DNA of 16,141 nt from Thermotogota bacterium (GTDB lineage Bacteria > Bipolaricaulota > Bipolaricaulia > UBA7950 > UBA9294). Made by a program: the position numbers and the translations under genes. The DNA lies in assembly GCA_039679545.1 (NCBI GenBank), contig JBDKUT010000079.1:1-16141 (forward strand). Direction: 5' to 3'. The notes under the pieces are model-generated. The model was not told where the DNA came from. It saw only the letters and a list, made by a program, of their open reading frames with translations, and did not search any database. Shown piece by piece: positions 13,378-16,141 of this stretch (positions are counted from its first letter, which is position 1; each line of letters begins with the position of its first letter).

Positions 13378-15838
13378 AGAACTGAACGCTTCGCAGTTGC
13401 GCTACACGTGCGATCCATCGGGCCTCGCCTTCCGCACCACGGCGGAGCTCGCGCCGCTCGACCGCATCATCGGCCAAGAACGTGCCATCGACGCTCTACG
13501 ACTCGGTCTTGGAATCAAGGACGCGAAGAACCGGTACAACATCTACGTCGCCGGAGACCCCGGGACTGGCAAGCTCTCGGCCGTCGAGCAGTTCCTCGCT
13601 CAGGCCAGCGCGAGCGAGCCCGCGCCCCCGGACCTGTGCTACGTCCACAACTTCGAAAACCCTTACAGCCCGAAGTACCTCGAACTCCCCGCCGGGAAGG
13701 GGTGCCAGCTTCGCACCGACCTCGAGCAGCAGGTCAAGCGCCTGCAGCGCGAGATCCCGAAGCTGATCGAATCGGACGAGTTCAAGGCGCGATCGAAGAA
13801 GATCAACGAACGGTTCGGCGAGCGCCGCACCACGCTCCTCGACGAGATGGACACGCAGTCCCGCAAACTCGGCTTCGCGATCCAGCGGACCCCGATCGGC
13901 ATCAACACCCTCCCCCTCGACGAGGGCGGCGAGCCGCTCTCCCAAGAGGAGTACGACGCCCTCCCCAAGGGCCGCCGCGACGAGATTCGCGAGAAACAAG
14001 GTGAGGTCCAGGCCCTCGTTCAGGAACGGCTCCAAGCGATCGCCCTCCTCGACGAGCAGCGCGAGGAGGAGATCAAGAAGCTGGCGAAGGAAGCGGTCCT
14101 GTTCATGATCGAGCCGTACTTCGCGCAGCTCAAGAGCCACTACGAAGGCCTCGCCAAGGTCCTCGACTACCTCGACGCGATGAAGCAGGACATCGTCGCG
14201 AACCTCGACGACTTCCAGAACGGGGCCCAGCCCAAGAAGGCGGCGGTCCCGTTCCCCATGCCGCAGGCCGACCCGTTCAAGCGGTATGCGGTCAATCTGC
14301 TCGTCGACCACAGCAACACGAAGGGAGCCCCCATCGTCGTCGAGCACAACGCCACGTACCCGAACCTGTTCGGGTCGATCGAGCGCCGCGTGCAGATGGG
14401 CGTCGCCGTCACCGACTTCACGATGATTAAGCCCGGCTCGCTCCACCGCGCGAACGGCGGCTACCTCGTGCTCACCGCCAACAACCTCTTCCGCCTCAAC
14501 GTCAGCTGGGAGGCGCTCAAGATCGCGATCAAGCGGCGCGAGATCCAGATCGAGGATCCGTGGCAGATGCTCGGCTACTCGGCGACCGAAGGACTGCGGC
14601 CCGAGCCGGTCCCGTTCCGGATCAAACTGATCATCATTGGCAGCTCCTACCTGTACGAGCTCTTGCATATCTACGACGAGGACTTCCCGAAGCTGTTCAA
14701 CGTCAAGGCCGACTTCGGCATGGAGATGGAGCGGACGAGCGCCAACGAGCAGGACCTCGCCCGCTTCCTCCGCGCCTGCGCCGACGACGACCCGAACGTT
14801 CTCCCGTTCGACCGGACCGGCGCCGCCCGGCTCATCGAGCACGCCGTCGAGCTCGCCGGGGACCGGCAGAAGCTGTCGTGCCAGTTCGGAAACCTCGTCT
14901 CGATCGTCAAGGAGGCCTCGTACTGGGCCCGCACCGGCGGCTCGCCCCACGTCGCCGCGGACCACGTCCGCCGCGCTCTCACCGAGCGGGATCGCCGTCA
15001 CGATCGCATCGACGAGAAGCTCCGCGAGATGATCGTCCGCGACCAGCTGTTCGTCGACGTGGACGGCACAGCGACCGGCCAAGCCAACGGCCTCGCCGTG
15101 CTTCAGCTTGGTGACTACGCGTTCGGCAAGCCGTCCCGGATCACCGCGACCGTGCACGCCGGCAGAGGAGGCCTCGTCGACATCGAACGCGAGGCCAAAC
15201 TCGGCGGGCCGACCCACTCGAAAGGGATCATGATCCTGAAAGGCTTCCTCGGCGACCACTTCGCCAAGGACAAGCCGCTCTCGTTCACCGCGAGCCTCAC
15301 GTTCGAGCAGAGCTACTCGATGATCGACGGCGACAGCGCGTCGAGCACCGAGCTCTACGCGCTGCTCTCCGCGCTCGCCGACCTCCCGATCCGGCAAGGG
15401 ATCGCGGTCACCGGGTCGGTCAACCAGAAGGGTGAGATCCAGCCGATCGGGGGCGTGAACGAGAAGATCGAGGGGTTCTACCGCGTGTGCCGCGAGAAGG
15501 GACTCACGGGCGACCAAGGAGTCCTCATCCCGGCGGCGAACGCCGACAACCTCATGCTGTCCGAGGAAGTCGTCGCCGCCGTCGACGGTGGACGGTTCCA
15601 CATCTACGCCGTCACCGAGGTTGATGAGGGGATCGCCCTCCTCACGGGCGTGCCCGCCGGCGAGCCCGAGGACGGCGCGTACCCGGAAGGGTCGGTGTAC
15701 GCCCGTGTCGCCGCCCGACTCGAGGCCCTACGCAAGGCGTCGGAGCCGAAGAAGGACGAGGACGAGACCGCCAGGCTGAAGAACGCGAAGGACGAAGGCG
15801 AACACAACACAGACGACGCCGGGACGGACGGCGCGTAA
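13370..15838 (+). CDS. Lon-like protease, LonC type (peptidase S16)
   Basis: IIGQERA, Walker A-like GDPGTGKLS, long coiled-coil insertion, KPGSLHRANGGYL, Ser-Lys dyad FEQSY..IDGDSAS...PIGGVNEKIEGF; no LonA N-domain or TM; 822 aa; AAGGAG RBS. Confidence 0.94.
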   Translation: MVKELNASQLRYTCDPSGLAFRTTAELAPLDRIIGQERAIDALRLGLGIKDAKNRYNIYVAGDPGTGKLSAVEQFLAQASASEPAPPDLCYVHNFENPYSPKYLELPAGKGCQLRTDLEQQVKRLQREIPKLIESDEFKARSKKINERFGERRTTLLDEMDTQSRKLGFAIQRTPIGINTLPLDEGGEPLSQEEYDALPKGRRDEIREKQGEVQALVQERLQAIALLDEQREEEIKKLAKEAVLFMIEPYFAQLKSHYEGLAKVLDYLDAMKQDIVANLDDFQNGAQPKKAAVPFPMPQADPFKRYAVNLLVDHSNTKGAPIVVEHNATYPNLFGSIERRVQMGVAVTDFTMIKPGSLHRANGGYLVLTANNLFRLNVSWEALKIAIKRREIQIEDPWQMLGYSATEGLRPEPVPFRIKLIIIGSSYLYELLHIYDEDFPKLFNVKADFGMEMERTSANEQDLARFLRACADDDPNVLPFDRTGAARLIEHAVELAGDRQKLSCQFGNLVSIVKEASYWARTGGSPHVAADHVRRALTERDRRHDRIDEKLREMIVRDQLFVDVDGTATGQANGLAVLQLGDYAFGKPSRITATVHAGRGGLVDIEREAKLGGPTHSKGIMILKGFLGDHFAKDKPLSFTASLTFEQSYSMIDGDSASSTELYALLSALADLPIRQGIAVTGSVNQKGEIQPIGGVNEKIEGFYRVCREKGLTGDQGVLIPAANADNLMLSEEVVAAVDGGRFHIYAVTEVDEGIALLTGVPAGEPEDGAYPEGSVYARVAARLEALRKASEPKKDEDETARLKNAKDEGEHNTDDAGTDGA

Positions 15839-15852
15839 CCGAGACTCAATAT

Positions 15853-15881
15853 CGGCAGCCGCTCCCAGGAGCGACCTGCCG
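15853..15881. other. Stem-loop downstream of the Lon-like gene
   Basis: CGGCAG (15853-15858)/CTGCCG (15876-15881) enclosing CGCTC-CCAG-GAGCG; no U-tract, so not a canonical intrinsic terminator. Confidence 0.4.
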
Positions 15882-15906
15882 GACCGAAGCAGAAGAGGGG
15901 AATGGG

Positions 15907-16141
15907 ATGAAGAACCTACGGACAGCCATCGCGATTCTTATCCTCGTCGGCGTGCTCGGGCTCCTCGCCGGGTGCGTCGCCACGAACAGCCCGCACGCCA
16001 CGTTCACGAGAACCCCCAAGGAAGGCTACCCGCCGCTCGAAGTCCAGTTCGACGCCAGCGCCTCGACGAGTCCGAACGGGGACATCGTGACGTACGAGTG
16101 GGACTTCGGCGACGACGACACGGGAACCGGCGAGACAGTCG
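15907..16141 (+). CDS. PKD domain-containing lipoprotein, truncated by window edge
   Basis: Manual translation MKNLRTAIAILILVGVLGLLAGCVATNSPHATFTRTPKEGYPPLEVQFDASASTSPNGDIVTYEWDFGDDDTGTGETV: lipobox LAGC and PKD signature PLEVQFDAS...YEWDFGD. Absent from the ORF track (no stop). Confidence 0.9.
   Translation, partial: MKNLRTAIAILILVGVLGLLAGCVATNSPHATFTRTPKEGYPPLEVQFDASASTSPNGDIVTYEWDFGDDDTGTGETV

Noticed and set aside
13496..15601. 701-aa minus-strand ORF
   Set aside because: Antisense shadow of the Lon-like gene.
8462..15838. Functional link between Feo and the Lon-like protease (by analogy with Lon turnover of FeoC in Salmonella)
   Set aside because: No feoC here, the protease is LonC-type, and the genes are in separate transcription units; proximity is the only evidence.
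10988..15838. Anti-phage defence island (PLD nuclease + AAA protease + unknowns)
   Set aside because: PLD is exported, the genes are not co-oriented, there is no helicase, methylase or mobility gene, and no obvious compositional shift.

Overview
GC-rich bacterial chromosomal segment, mostly housekeeping genes, with no phage, transposase, CRISPR, tRNA or rRNA signal visible. In order: (-) mutS2, which runs off the left edge inside its Smr domain and is absent from the ORF track; (+) EamA/DMT and MATE transporters; (-) a coupled amidase > endonuclease III-like glycosylase > MOFRL glycerate kinase operon; (+) an iron-uptake operon feoA-fur-feoB with a clear sigma70-type promoter and an 18/19 Fur box, followed by a C-GCAxxG-C-C cysteine-rich protein; two divergent small unknown genes, one a membrane-anchored CxxC-19-CxxC protein; (-) a secreted two-HKD phospholipase D/nuclease only 31 bp from (+) a LonC-type protease; and (+) a PKD-domain lipoprotein running off the right edge. 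The best candidate for an undescribed system is the feoA-fur-feoB-(C-GCAxxG-C-C) module. Its embedded regulator has a mixed Fur/PerR-like metal site, and no feoC is present. Second is a dispersed ~28-nt repeat found in two convergent intergenic spacers. Novelty cannot be established without database searches. Several starts were moved from the ORF track using RBS position and stop/start overlaps.
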